A stretch of DNA of 64,000 bases from an uncultured Acidobacteriota bacterium (GTDB taxonomy: Bacteria > Acidobacteriota > Terriglobia > Bryobacterales > UBA6623), in NCBI GenBank assembly GCA_963805925.1, contig CAWDWB010000007.1:395133-459132 (forward strand), read 5' to 3'. Below the pieces are notes generated by a model, which searched no databases, was not told where the DNA came from, and saw only the letters and a program-made list of their open reading frames with translations. Shown piece by piece: positions 43,005 through 52,516 of this stretch (position 1 is the stretch's first letter; the number at the start of each line of letters is the position of its first letter). A program made the translations under genes and the position numbers.

Positions 43005-45998
43005 TTGAAGTTGGGAAACACCGCTACTCGCGGCGCGATGGTTATCACCGGTTGCCTAGTTCTTGCCGGGATGCTCTGCGCTCAGGACATCCAGCTCACT
43101 GAACGTCTCGTTCAGCGGGAGGACGGTCGAGTCGTCTACATCTTGGCCCAGGCCGCGCCGGACCAGCAGGCATCGCCTTTTGAGGACGTGCAGGCTCCGG
43201 CCGACGCGCCGCCGCAGGCTCCTGCGTCACCGTTCGAGGACGTGACGCCGACGAATCCGAACCAGCAGCCGTCGCCTTTCAACGACGTCGAAAACCCCAA
43301 TCAGCCGGCGGGTAAGGGCGACTTCATCGAGGACGTCGAGTTCCGCGGCGCCCGGCGCATTCCGCGCGACAGTCTGATGGCCCGCATCTTTACCAAGAAG
43401 GGCGATTCGTACAACCTGGATGCGCTGCGGCGCGACTACATGGTGCTATGGAACACCGGGTATTTCGACGATCTGCGATTAGAGGTTGAGGACGGCGAAG
43501 TCGGCAAAATTGTCCGCTTTGTGGTGACCGAGCGGCGCATCGTCCGCACCATTCGCTATGAGGGCAACAAGTCGGCCACCGTGTCGGACATCCTAGAGCG
43601 GTTCTCGGAGCGCAACGTGGGCCTGTCGGTGGAGAGCCGCTACGACCCAACGGTCGTTCAGCGGGCGCTGGTGGTTCTGCGGGAACTGTTGGGCGAACGC
43701 GGACGTCAGTATGCGGTCGTTACGCCGCAGGTCCGCCAGATTCCGCCGTCGTCGGTCGAGATCGTCTTTCAGATCGAGGAAGGCCCGAAGGTCAAGATGG
43801 GCAAGATGGAGATCGAGGGCAATACGTACCTGAGCGATCGCCAACTGAAGAGCGCCCAGAAGGCGTTGAAGCCCGTCGGCATCCCCAAGAGTATTTTCTT
43901 CGAAAACCTGTTCGCCAAGACCTTCGACATTCAGAAGCTCGAGGCGGACAAGGAACTGATGCGCAACGAGTATCAGATCCACGGGTTTTTCCGCGCCTCG
44001 GTCCCGAGGCACGAGTTGGCGATAGAAGACCAAACGGGCCGCCGCTTGCTGCCGATTCCCTTCATTTGGAAGAAGAAGGCGAAAAAGGCCAACGTCAAAG
44101 TGTTCGTCGAAGAAGGTCGCCAATATCGCCGCGGCCGCTTGAGCTTCACGGACGTAGCCCTGTTCCGCAGCCCGGAAGACATTCTCACGCCCGTCTTCAA
44201 GATGGAAGAGAATGCGATCTTCAACGTCGAAAGCTTGCGCACAGGCCTCGAAAACCTAAAGAAGCTTTATGGCGAATTTGGTTATATCGACTTCGTGGCC
44301 GAGCCGACGTTCGAGTTCCGCGATGCCGAGGATCCGCCGCTGATCGATCTGAATTTGACGGTCGACGAAGGCAAGCAGTTCTTCGTCCGCCGGATCAATT
44401 TCTCGGGCAATAATACGACGCGCGACAAGGTGATTCGCCGCGAGTTGCTGTTGGATGAAGGCGACATGTTCAACACGCGTTTGTGGGACTTGTCGATTCT
44501 GCGGCTGAATCAGCTGGGCTACTTCGATCCGTTGGAAGAAGAGAAGGCGACGAACATCTCGCGAGACACCCGGAACGGCCTAGTCGACCTGACGCTGGAT
44601 GTTAAGGAGCGGGGCCGGAATACGGTTAGCCTCAACGGCGGCGTATCGGGTTTTGCCGGTAGCTTTATCGGCTTCGGCTACTCGACGAATAACTTCTTAG
44701 GATTGGGCGAGACGCTAAGCTTCACGACGCAATTGGGCAGCCGGGAACGAATCGTGAGTTTCGGATTCACGGAGCCGTACCTGTTCGATCGGCCGATCCA
44801 AGCGGGCTTCACGGTGTTCTCGCGGCGCTTCAGCTTTAACTCGGCGCGTGAGGCGTCGATCTTCTCGGGCCAGGATCTGACCAGCTACTTCGGCGAGGGC
44901 AATATTCTGGACTACCGCCAGAACAGTACGGGGTTCACGACCTTCCTGAGCTATCCGATGAAGCGCAGCTTTTCGCGGCTCGGTTTGACGTACAGCTTCC
45001 AGATATCGGACATCTCGACGTTCGGCGATACGACGGCGAACTATTTCAACTACTTGAACTTCCAGGGCGTTACGGGACCGAATTCGCTGGAAGGCATCAC
45101 GGTGTCGGAGATCACGCCGAATTTCTTCCACAACACGGTGGACCATCCGATCACGCCGACGCGCGGCAAGAGCTTATTCGCCAGCGTGTCGATGGCCGGC
45201 ATCGGAGGCAACACGAAGTTCATCCAACCGACGATTGAGTTCAAGTACTTCAAGCCGCACACCAAGCGCCGCAACGTAATCGCGATGCGCGTGCTTGCGT
45301 CGTTGCTGACCGGCTACGGCGGCAGCGTGCCCCCGCCGTTCCGGCGCAGCTTTATGGGCGGCGAGAACGATATCCGCGGCTTCCGCCTGTTCCAGGTCAC
45401 CCCCGTCGCGTGGATCCCGGACAGCGCCACGGTACCGCTGCTAAACGACAACGGCACGGTGCGAACGCAATCGCAAATCGTCAACGGCATCGAGCAGCAA
45501 GTGCCCGTAACGACGAGAGTTCCCGTGTATCGGCCCATACAGCCGGGCGGCGACACGCGCTTCGTCTTCAACGGCGAGTACCGCATCAAATTGTTCGGTC
45601 CGTTGATCGTGGCGCCGTTCTTCGATATCGGCTTCAACAAGATCATTTTCACGGACCAGGTTCGATTGAACTCGGGTCGCGTCAACGACCTCAACAGCGA
45701 GTTCCCGCAAGCTGGGATCGAGGAGAAGATCCAGGTGATCAACGAGACCCAGAAAGTGCGCGCCTCGACCGGTTTGGAGTTTCAGATTGTGCTGCCGATT
45801 CTGCAGGCGCCATTCCGTGTCTACTGGGCCTATAATCCAATGCGGGTGCGGGACGTTCTGCAGCCGCCGATCGTCGCCGACCGGGCGCTGTTCCCGAATC
45901 AACGCAGCTTTGTGCAGGGTATCAGCCGTTACGCCACGCCATTCCCCTATGTCGAAGACAAGAGCACGTTCCGTTTTACTATCAGCCGCACGTTCTAA
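43005..45998 (+). CDS. bamA: Outer membrane protein assembly factor BamA (Omp85), long form
   Basis: 997 aa. Signal peptide, low-complexity N-terminal linker, POTRA repeats (..IEDVEFRGARRIPRDSLMARI.., ..IRYEGNKSATVSDIL.., ..MEIEGNTYLSDRQL.., ..INFSGNNTTRDKVIRREL..) and a C-terminal Omp85 barrel ending ..FRFTISRTF. Confidence 0.9.
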   Translation: MKLGNTATRGAMVITGCLVLAGMLCAQDIQLTERLVQREDGRVVYILAQAAPDQQASPFEDVQAPADAPPQAPASPFEDVTPTNPNQQPSPFNDVENPNQPAGKGDFIEDVEFRGARRIPRDSLMARIFTKKGDSYNLDALRRDYMVLWNTGYFDDLRLEVEDGEVGKIVRFVVTERRIVRTIRYEGNKSATVSDILERFSERNVGLSVESRYDPTVVQRALVVLRELLGERGRQYAVVTPQVRQIPPSSVEIVFQIEEGPKVKMGKMEIEGNTYLSDRQLKSAQKALKPVGIPKSIFFENLFAKTFDIQKLEADKELMRNEYQIHGFFRASVPRHELAIEDQTGRRLLPIPFIWKKKAKKANVKVFVEEGRQYRRGRLSFTDVALFRSPEDILTPVFKMEENAIFNVESLRTGLENLKKLYGEFGYIDFVAEPTFEFRDAEDPPLIDLNLTVDEGKQFFVRRINFSGNNTTRDKVIRRELLLDEGDMFNTRLWDLSILRLNQLGYFDPLEEEKATNISRDTRNGLVDLTLDVKERGRNTVSLNGGVSGFAGSFIGFGYSTNNFLGLGETLSFTTQLGSRERIVSFGFTEPYLFDRPIQAGFTVFSRRFSFNSAREASIFSGQDLTSYFGEGNILDYRQNSTGFTTFLSYPMKRSFSRLGLTYSFQISDISTFGDTTANYFNYLNFQGVTGPNSLEGITVSEITPNFFHNTVDHPITPTRGKSLFASVSMAGIGGNTKFIQPTIEFKYFKPHTKRRNVIAMRVLASLLTGYGGSVPPPFRRSFMGGENDIRGFRLFQVTPVAWIPDSATVPLLNDNGTVRTQSQIVNGIEQQVPVTTRVPVYRPIQPGGDTRFVFNGEYRIKLFGPLIVAPFFDIGFNKIIFTDQVRLNSGRVNDLNSEFPQAGIEEKIQVINETQKVRASTGLEFQIVLPILQAPFRVYWAYNPMRVRDVLQPPIVADRALFPNQRSFVQGISRYATPFPYVEDKSTFRFTISRTF

Positions 45999-46077
45999 GG
46001 CGTCCGATTAGCATGTTGGGTCGCTATGTTAGACTGGTCGAAACGGGTTCAATCCTTTAAGAATCAACGAGGTTCGT

Positions 46078-46647
46078 ATGAATATCAGAAGAGTAGGCGG
46101 ACTTGCGCTGTGCGCGGCTGTGTTGTCGGCTGTGCCCGCTTTTGCCCAAGCCAAGGTCGCCATCATCAACATGGAAGAAGCCATTGCGAGCACCCAAGAA
46201 GGGCAGCGCTTGATGAAAGAGTTCCAGGAGAAGTACGCTCCTCGCCAAAAGGAGTTGGAGGCTCTGCAGTCTGAGATCCAGAGCCTGCAAAGTCAACTGA
46301 CCAATGGCGCCAACACGCTGAGTGATGATGCCCGCCGAGATATCTCGTTCAAGATTGAACAGAAGCAGACGCAGGGGCAGCGGTTGTTGGAAGACGCTCG
46401 AGGCGAACTGAGCCAGGAGCAAGGCCGCATCTTCAACGAAGTCGGCAACAAGGTCGTCACGGTGATCGACAAGTATGCTCAGGCCAACGGCCTTAGCGTG
46501 GTGTTGAATGTTTCGGCCCAGCCCAACCTCGTATTGTTCGCCTTGAACGAGGTCAATATTACGCAAGCGATTATCGATGCGTACGACGCCGAGCACGCCG
46601 GTGCGCCGGCCGCAGGCGCGCCGACGCCGGGCGCTGGCGGCGAGTAG
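46078..46647 (+). CDS. OmpH/Skp family periplasmic chaperone
   Basis: Signal peptide, then KVAIINMEEAI..T.EGQ...KEFQ.K..PRQKELEALQSEIQSLQ.. coiled-coil typical of Skp. Conserved position after bamA. Confidence 0.8.
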   Translation: MNIRRVGGLALCAAVLSAVPAFAQAKVAIINMEEAIASTQEGQRLMKEFQEKYAPRQKELEALQSEIQSLQSQLTNGANTLSDDARRDISFKIEQKQTQGQRLLEDARGELSQEQGRIFNEVGNKVVTVIDKYAQANGLSVVLNVSAQPNLVLFALNEVNITQAIIDAYDAEHAGAPAAGAPTPGAGGE

Positions 46648-46681
46648 GTCGACTCGGCTGGTTCTGAAATCTTCTATTGAG

Positions 46682-46716
46682 GGGCGCCCGGAGATGACCG
46701 GGCGCCCTTCCCATTT
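46682..46716 (+). terminator. Terminator-like GC hairpin after skp
   Basis: GGGCGCCCGG-AGATGA-CCGGGCGCCC (perfect 10-bp stem, 46682-46707) followed by TTCCCATTT. It lies 35 nt after the skp stop. Confidence 0.5.
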
Positions 46717-47024
46717 ATGGCCTTGCCGCCGCGGTGGGTTCCCCGCGGGCGTCAATTGCCTGAAACCAAGTGGCCTTCGCCGACGTCATACCGAACAGTA
46801 GATCCGCGGCCTTCAAAACATTGTTGGAGCGGGTTGAACTTTTCAGAAAGTCTGGTGTATCCTCAGGTTGCACCGTCCGTCAACTCGTTGAACTCTCCCT
46901 AACGGGCGGCATCTTACAGCCTGAGAACCCACGTTGGTTTTCCCGAGCGTTACGGCGCTCATCCGACCGAGGCCTTGAACGCCTATCGTCGGGGACTTGT
47001 AGCTAGACACACAAAATCTTTCAT

Positions 47025-47342
47025 ATGCAAGAGCAAGTAAACCGTAGGAAACCATCCAAGAGCAACAATCGAAGGAAAGGCCGCAACGGCAATGGCGGCG
47101 GCAACGGCAACCGCGGATCTCAGCCTGGTAACCGGTCGATGAATCCGGGGAACAGCGTCAATTCGCAGCCCAACGGACAGAATAGCGGCGCTCCCGGCGT
47201 CTGCGTTCGGTGCGGACATCCGGCGCCGGACGGCAAGCTGTGCAACTTCCATAAGTCGCTGCTGAACTCGATCCGTAACGATTCCGGCAACAAGAGAACT
47301 AGCCGGACTCCGATCCCGCCATCGCCTAACGCTTACTGCTAA
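47025..47342 (+). CDS. Small basic protein (105 aa): Arg/Lys/Gly/Asn-rich disordered N-terminus plus C-x2-C-x8-C-x2-H zinc-ribbon-like motif, hypothetical
   Basis: MQEQVNRRKPSKSNNRRKGRNGNGGGNGNRGSQPGN..GVCVRCGHPAPDGKLCNFHKSLL... It stands isolated between long non-coding flanks. A sigma70-like TTGAAC-N18-TATCCT lies at 46834-46863. Confidence 0.4.
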   Translation: MQEQVNRRKPSKSNNRRKGRNGNGGGNGNRGSQPGNRSMNPGNSVNSQPNGQNSGAPGVCVRCGHPAPDGKLCNFHKSLLNSIRNDSGNKRTSRTPIPPSPNAYC

Positions 47343-47424
47343 GGGCTTAAAGCGACGCCTGTCGACCGGTACGGCCGATTGGCTCGAAGGCCGAATTGTT
47401 GCTGCGACGGCGAAGTTGTTTCGA

Positions 47425-48192
47425 TTAGTTGCCCGACGTGGAGTCGGGCCTGCGCTTGAGATCGTCGGACAGAACGATCGCTTCAGCGACTTGTTTCATC
47501 GTTAAACGCCGCTGCCTCGCCTGACGCTGAAGGGTGAGATAAGCCTCTTCTTCCGTGAGCCCGACGTCGCGCTGAAGAAGTCCCTTCGCCCTTTCCACCA
47601 GCTTCCTCGTTTCTAGCTGGTTCTGCAGCTCGTCCAGTTCATCATCCAGGCGGGCGAGTTGAATCTCGGATCCCACCAGATATCCGACCGCCGTGACGAA
47701 ATTGATTTCGCGCTTGGTGTGCATGTGCGGCATGCGATGTTGCAGATTGATGACGCCGACAAGATTGCCGCGGCTCACCAGCGGCACCGACAAGAACGCT
47801 TCGTACTGGTCTTCAGGAAGTTCCGTAAAGGCTAGGAATCGCGGGTCCCTGGCGGCGTTTCGAGCGACCGCGACGGGCTTCTGGTGTTCGGCGACCCAGC
47901 CGGTGATGCCCTGGCCGACCTTGAGGGCGATCTGATTCAGCGCCTCGGGGTGCGGGTTCTTGGACGCCATGAGCCGGAGCTGATCGCCCTTCAATACGTA
48001 GATAAACGTCGAATCCGGCCCGATAACGTCGTGCAGAAACTCGACAACTCGATCGAGCACGACCTGTAACGGCTCGGCGGCCGCGAGTCTGCTGCCGATC
48101 TCGTGGAGAAAGCCAAATTCGACATCGCCGGACCCGGGCTGCCCCGGCTCGGTCGAATCCGCCGGCCGTGAGCTAGGGGTGTTCTCAATCAT
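47425..48192 (-). CDS. GAF and ANTAR domain-containing RNA-binding antiterminator-like regulator
   Basis: GAF core (..VLKGDQLRLMASKNP..GQGITGWVAEHQKPVAV..SVPLVSRGNLVGVINLQH..) and C-terminal ANTAR (..LETRKLVERAKGLLQRDVGLTEEEAYLTLQRQARQRRLTMKQVAEAIV). Confidence 0.85.
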   Translation of the reverse strand: MIENTPSSRPADSTEPGQPGSGDVEFGFLHEIGSRLAAAEPLQVVLDRVVEFLHDVIGPDSTFIYVLKGDQLRLMASKNPHPEALNQIALKVGQGITGWVAEHQKPVAVARNAARDPRFLAFTELPEDQYEAFLSVPLVSRGNLVGVINLQHRMPHMHTKREINFVTAVGYLVGSEIQLARLDDELDELQNQLETRKLVERAKGLLQRDVGLTEEEAYLTLQRQARQRRLTMKQVAEAIVLSDDLKRRPDSTSGN

Positions 48193-48280
48193 ACCCCTAC
48201 GCTAGACTTCTGCCGCACGGAAGTCCAATAGAGGTTTCTTATCTCCCGCATAACGCTAGGGAGGCCTATTCCTTCTCGCC

Positions 48281-49555
48281 TTGGAGAGCGATGAGGCAAT
48301 CATGGGAGGAATTCGCATCGGGCTGCGGGAGACCAGCTGGGCGTCCTTGGCCGGCGTGCTGCAGTCGCTGGGGCCTTTCGGATCGTTCTTGATCCTGGCG
48401 CGGTTGGTCTCAGCCGAGGAACTGGGCCGGTATTCGCTTGCCGTTGGCGTCGCGGTTCCCATCTTTCTGGCGTCGCGCATGCAGTTGCGCCAGGCGGCGG
48501 TGGCCGACCCAGAGGGAGGCGCCTCGTTCGGGTCCTACCGGCGGCTTCGAGTCATTTCGGCGACCGTCTCTTTCGCGGCAGTCGGCTTGTTCGCCCAAAT
48601 GCTGCAACCAGAGTCGTGTTGGGTGGTGTGCGCCGTCGCCCTGGTGCGCTGGTCAGAGGAGATCGGCGACATTCACTACGCTCCGGCGCAACGGGCGAGC
48701 CGCTGGCCTAGAATTGCGGCCTCTCAACTGCTGCGCTTAAGCGGCGTCTTGGTATTGCTGCCGCTTGGCTGGCGGTGCGCCGGGTTGCCGGCCGCGCTGA
48801 CTGCCGTTGCCTTGTGGCAGGGAAGCGTCACCTTGTGGTTCGACGCGCCGTTGGTCCGCGTCTTAGAGCCGGGCTGCCGGAACGCGATCGGCGCACGGGC
48901 ATTGCTTCGGTTGAACTGGCCGCTGGGGGCTACGGCGGCCGTAGTCAGCTTGATTTCATACGTGCCGCGTTACGCGCTGGCCTGGTCGAGCGGCGAGAGC
49001 GTGGTGGGGGACTACGCAGCGCTGGCGCAAGCGGCCCTATGCGGGAACCTCGTGGTGCAAGGCGCTGGACAGGCTTCGCTCGGAAGGCTGGGCGTCGCTT
49101 TCGTCAACGATCGCGGCGGATTCCGGCGCCTGGTCCGCCAGCTGCTGTCGGTTGCAGGGGGCGTTGGCGTTGCGGCGCTGTTGGCGGCGGCGCTGTGGGG
49201 CGGCGTGTTGTTGAGCGTCGTTTTCCATCCGCGATTTGCGGCCCTGCAGCCGGAACTGGTCGTGATGATGATCGCCTCGCTGTTCGTCTACGCGACATCA
49301 GTATTCGGCTATGCTTTGACCGCCGCTGGAGTGAAAGCAGGTCAGCCTGCCGTCTTTGGAGTCGCCTTGGCTGTAGGGCTGGCGACGGCCTTCCCCTTCA
49401 GCGCCGCCTACGGCATTTCGGGCGCGGTTGCCAGTACCGCCTGCAGTTGGGCAACGGCGGCCGTTTTGTCGGGCAGGCTGCTGCGAACGGTTAGCGGCGC
49501 ATCCCGTCGAGAGCAGGCCGAGGCCCACAGCAGGATACGGAGCCGTGCGGTATAA
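48281..49555 (+). CDS. Polytopic membrane protein, Wzx/MATE-like polysaccharide flippase family (tentative)
   Basis: 424 aa with about 12 hydrophobic helices. The N-terminal ..SLAGVLQSLGPFGSFLILARLVSAEELGRYSLAV.. resembles the start of oligosaccharide flippases. Confidence 0.55.
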   Translation: MESDEAIMGGIRIGLRETSWASLAGVLQSLGPFGSFLILARLVSAEELGRYSLAVGVAVPIFLASRMQLRQAAVADPEGGASFGSYRRLRVISATVSFAAVGLFAQMLQPESCWVVCAVALVRWSEEIGDIHYAPAQRASRWPRIAASQLLRLSGVLVLLPLGWRCAGLPAALTAVALWQGSVTLWFDAPLVRVLEPGCRNAIGARALLRLNWPLGATAAVVSLISYVPRYALAWSSGESVVGDYAALAQAALCGNLVVQGAGQASLGRLGVAFVNDRGGFRRLVRQLLSVAGGVGVAALLAAALWGGVLLSVVFHPRFAALQPELVVMMIASLFVYATSVFGYALTAAGVKAGQPAVFGVALAVGLATAFPFSAAYGISGAVASTACSWATAAVLSGRLLRTVSGASRREQAEAHSRIRSRAV

Positions 49556-49562
49556 CAGCCGC

Positions 49563-50765
49563 ATGAGAGCAATCTTGGCGCTCGGTTTGGCGCTGCCGCT
49601 CATCTGTGTAGCGGACTGGCCCGAGTTTCGCGGACCGACCGGGCAGGGCATCGTCGGAGAGCAGCCCGCTCCGGTGAAGTGGAGCGAAACCGAGAATGTT
49701 CGCTGGAAGACGCCGTTGCCGGGGACCGGATGGTCTTCGCCCGTCATTCGCGACGGCGTCGTTTGGTTGACAACGGCTACCGAAGGCGGGCGGTCGTTGA
49801 GAGTGCTGAGCGTGGACGCGGTTTCGGGCGAGTTGACCCGCAACGTCGAGGTCTTTCGCTCCGAGCGCCCGCCGTACAAACATCAGAAGAACTCGTACGC
49901 CTCGCCGACGCCGATTCTTGGCGACGATCGGGTTTACGTGCATTTCGGGGCGAAGGGCACGGCGGCGCTCGATCTCGACGGCGGCGTTCTGTGGCGGAAT
50001 ACGGAGCATCGTTACCAGGATGTCCACGGCTCCGGCGGCTCGCCCGTGTTGTGGCGCAACCTGTTGATCTTCAACTGCGACGGCGCCGATGTCCAATACG
50101 TGGTCGCGCTGGAGGCAAGCACGGGCAAGACCGTTTGGCGGGCGCCGCGGAACGCCGATCGATTTTCGTTTTCGACGCCGTTGTTGATCCCCAGGGGCGA
50201 GTCCGGGCAGCAGGTCGTTTCGACGGGACCGGACATGGCGGCTTCCTACGACCCCGAGACCGGCAAAGAGTTGTGGCGGATTCGGTTCGACGGCTTTTCG
50301 GTCGTCCCGCGGCCCGTTTACGGCAACGGCCTGGTTTATCTGACGACGGGCTTTTATGGTCCGTTGCTGCTGGCGATCCGTCCGGACGGACAAGGAGACG
50401 TGACGGCGACGCACATCGCCTGGCAGGTGAACCGCGGTGTTCCGTTGATCCCTTCCCCGCTGCTCGATGGCGAGCGCATCTACATCGTCAGCGACAACGG
50501 CATTGCTTCGTGCATCAACGCGCTGAACGGGCGTGAATTGTGGAGGCAAAGACTAAGCGGTACGTATGCAGCGTCGCCTGTGTTGGCGGATGGCCGTGTT
50601 TACTTCTTGAATGAGACGGGAGAAACGACGATTGTCCAATCGGCGAACCAGTACGTCGAAGTCGCCCGCAATCACGTGGAGGGCAATACGCTGGCGTCGT
50701 TGGCGTTTGGCGACGGCGCGATGTTCTTGCGCAGCGATACGGCCCTGTACCGCATCGAGAATTAG
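49563..50765 (+). CDS. PQQ-like (BamB-type) beta-propeller repeat protein, secreted
   Basis: The ATG at 49563 gives signal peptide MRAILALGLALPLICVADWPEFRG. Repeats ..WSSPVIRDGVVWLTT.., ..SPTPILGDDRVYVH.., ..LIPSPLLDGERIYIVSDNG.., ..ASPVLADGRVYFLNETG.. are typical of PQQ-enzyme-repeat propellers. Confidence 0.75.
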   Translation: MRAILALGLALPLICVADWPEFRGPTGQGIVGEQPAPVKWSETENVRWKTPLPGTGWSSPVIRDGVVWLTTATEGGRSLRVLSVDAVSGELTRNVEVFRSERPPYKHQKNSYASPTPILGDDRVYVHFGAKGTAALDLDGGVLWRNTEHRYQDVHGSGGSPVLWRNLLIFNCDGADVQYVVALEASTGKTVWRAPRNADRFSFSTPLLIPRGESGQQVVSTGPDMAASYDPETGKELWRIRFDGFSVVPRPVYGNGLVYLTTGFYGPLLLAIRPDGQGDVTATHIAWQVNRGVPLIPSPLLDGERIYIVSDNGIASCINALNGRELWRQRLSGTYAASPVLADGRVYFLNETGETTIVQSANQYVEVARNHVEGNTLASLAFGDGAMFLRSDTALYRIEN

Positions 50766-50800
50766 GCCAATCCCGATTCAGTTGAGAGAATAAGGGCGCG

Positions 50801-51646
50801 ATGGTCGACAAGCGCGAACTGAAGCAGTCGTCGCTCGTTCTGGCGGGCGGACTTTTTGGCCTTTGTATTGCTGCCGTCCTTCTTTTCTTGCTTTCGGGCC
50901 GTGTTGACCGGTTAGAACGGCGAGTCGAACAAGCCGAGCAGCGGGAGAACCAACTCAGCGCGGAAAAGGTGGAGCTCAACGAGAGAGCGAAGGACTACGC
51001 CGATTTGGCCGAGCGGGCCAAGAATCAGGCCTTCGAGGCTCAACAAAGGCTAGGCGAAGCGCAAGGTCAGCGGACCCGGGCCGAATGGGAGCGCCAGTTG
51101 GCGCGCCAGATGGCCGATCGCGCGGAACGGGATTCCGCCAAGGCGCAAGCCGACGCCGCGCGCATACAAGAGGGATTGGACAACCTCAGGGCCGCCAGAC
51201 GCCGAGAACTGGACCGCATGCGCGATGCCCTCGCCGCGATTGTCGAAACAGAGCGCACGCCACTGGGTATGGTGATGCGGCTGGGTGAGGATAAGCTGCG
51301 GTTTGCATTCGATTCGGCGCAGATCCGCGACCAGGATCGCGAACTGCTTAGCCGGATCGCCGGCGTGCTGCTGTCGTCTCACGGCTACCGTTTATACATA
51401 GATGGGCACACCGACGATCAAGGTCCCGCGATTTACAACAAAGACTTGTCGCTACGCCGTGCCGCGGCGGTGCGCGACTACTTCGTGGCGGCGGGGATTC
51501 CTAAGGAAGTCATCGAGGTGCGCGGCTTCGGCGAGTCGAATCCTCGCGTGCAGGGAACGAGCCAGGAAGCGCGCCGGGCGAATCGCCGGGTGGAGATCGG
51601 GCTGGTCGATGCCATCATTGAGTACGACAGCGACGTCGAGCCCTGA
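50801..51646 (+). CDS. OmpA family protein with N-terminal TM and coiled-coil
   Basis: C-terminal OmpA_C-like domain ..FAFDSAQIRDQDRELLSRIAGVLL..LYIDGHTDDQGPAIYNKDLSLRRAAAVRDYF..GFGESNP..RANRRVEI... Confidence 0.8.
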   Translation: MVDKRELKQSSLVLAGGLFGLCIAAVLLFLLSGRVDRLERRVEQAEQRENQLSAEKVELNERAKDYADLAERAKNQAFEAQQRLGEAQGQRTRAEWERQLARQMADRAERDSAKAQADAARIQEGLDNLRAARRRELDRMRDALAAIVETERTPLGMVMRLGEDKLRFAFDSAQIRDQDRELLSRIAGVLLSSHGYRLYIDGHTDDQGPAIYNKDLSLRRAAAVRDYFVAAGIPKEVIEVRGFGESNPRVQGTSQEARRANRRVEIGLVDAIIEYDSDVEP

Positions 51647-52512
51647 TGCCGAAAAAGAAACGACGCCTCGGCGCCCATACTTCCATTGCCGGATCGCTGG
51701 ATAACAGCGCGCGCGAAGCAATGGAACTGGGCTGTTCGTGTTTTCAGATTTTCACGCGAAGTCCACGGATGTGGCAGGCGCCGCCGCTGGACCCCGCGCA
51801 GATCGAAGAACTCAAGCGGCTGCGCAAGGAGCACGATCTTTGGCCGCTAGCCGTTCATGGCAGCTACCTGATTAATCTGGCGGCCTTGGATGAGGCGAAC
51901 CGGGAGAAGTCGATCCAGGGATTCCACAACGAAGTGGAGCGGGCGATTGCGGTCGGCGCGGATTACTTGATTTTTCATCCGGGCAGCGCCAAGGGGCAGG
52001 AGCGGGAAGAGGCGATCGCCGTATTGGCGAAGTCGTTCGCCAAAGCGGTTCGCGGCATCGATTGGGACGGCCTAGAGGTGTTGCTCGAAAACACGGCCGG
52101 GGGCGGGGCTTCGCTGGGTCGCACCTTCGAGGAGTTGGCGGCGGTGCGGGCGGCGATACGGGCGAAGGCGCCCGATGCACCGGTGGGCTACTGCATTGAC
52201 TCTTGCCATACGTTCGCTGCCGGATACAATATTTCGACGCCGGAAGGGCTGAATGAGACGCTGGATGCGATCGATGCGGCTCTCGGACTTGAGCATGTGA
52301 AAGTCATACATGCCAACGATTCGAAAGCGAAATTCGGCTCGCATCTGGACCGCCACGAGAACATCGGCGAGGGTCAGATTGGGTTGGAGGCCTTCCGGCG
52401 CATTGTCAATCACCCGGCTCTACGAGACAAGCCGTTCATTCTGGAGACGCCCCACGACGAAGATGGAACGCATCGGCACAACACCGAAACGTTAAAGACC
52501 CTGGCACAATGA
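51646..52512 (+). CDS. nfo: Deoxyribonuclease IV (endonuclease IV)
   Basis: ..LGAHTSIAGS..CFQIFTRSPRMW..AVHGSYLINLA..YLIFHPGS..VLLENTAG..CIDSCHTFAAGY..IHANDSK..GSHLDRHENIGEG.. is canonical Nfo. Confidence 0.9.
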   Translation: MPKKKRRLGAHTSIAGSLDNSAREAMELGCSCFQIFTRSPRMWQAPPLDPAQIEELKRLRKEHDLWPLAVHGSYLINLAALDEANREKSIQGFHNEVERAIAVGADYLIFHPGSAKGQEREEAIAVLAKSFAKAVRGIDWDGLEVLLENTAGGGASLGRTFEELAAVRAAIRAKAPDAPVGYCIDSCHTFAAGYNISTPEGLNETLDAIDAALGLEHVKVIHANDSKAKFGSHLDRHENIGEGQIGLEAFRRIVNHPALRDKPFILETPHDEDGTHRHNTETLKTLAQ

Positions 52513-52516
52513 ACGG

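Noticed and set aside
49491-50549. 352-aa minus-strand ORF and 285-aa alternative plus-frame ORF
   Set aside because: Both overlap the PQQ-like beta-propeller gene, whose repeats are recognisable. The alternatives are Arg/Pro-rich with no signal of homology.
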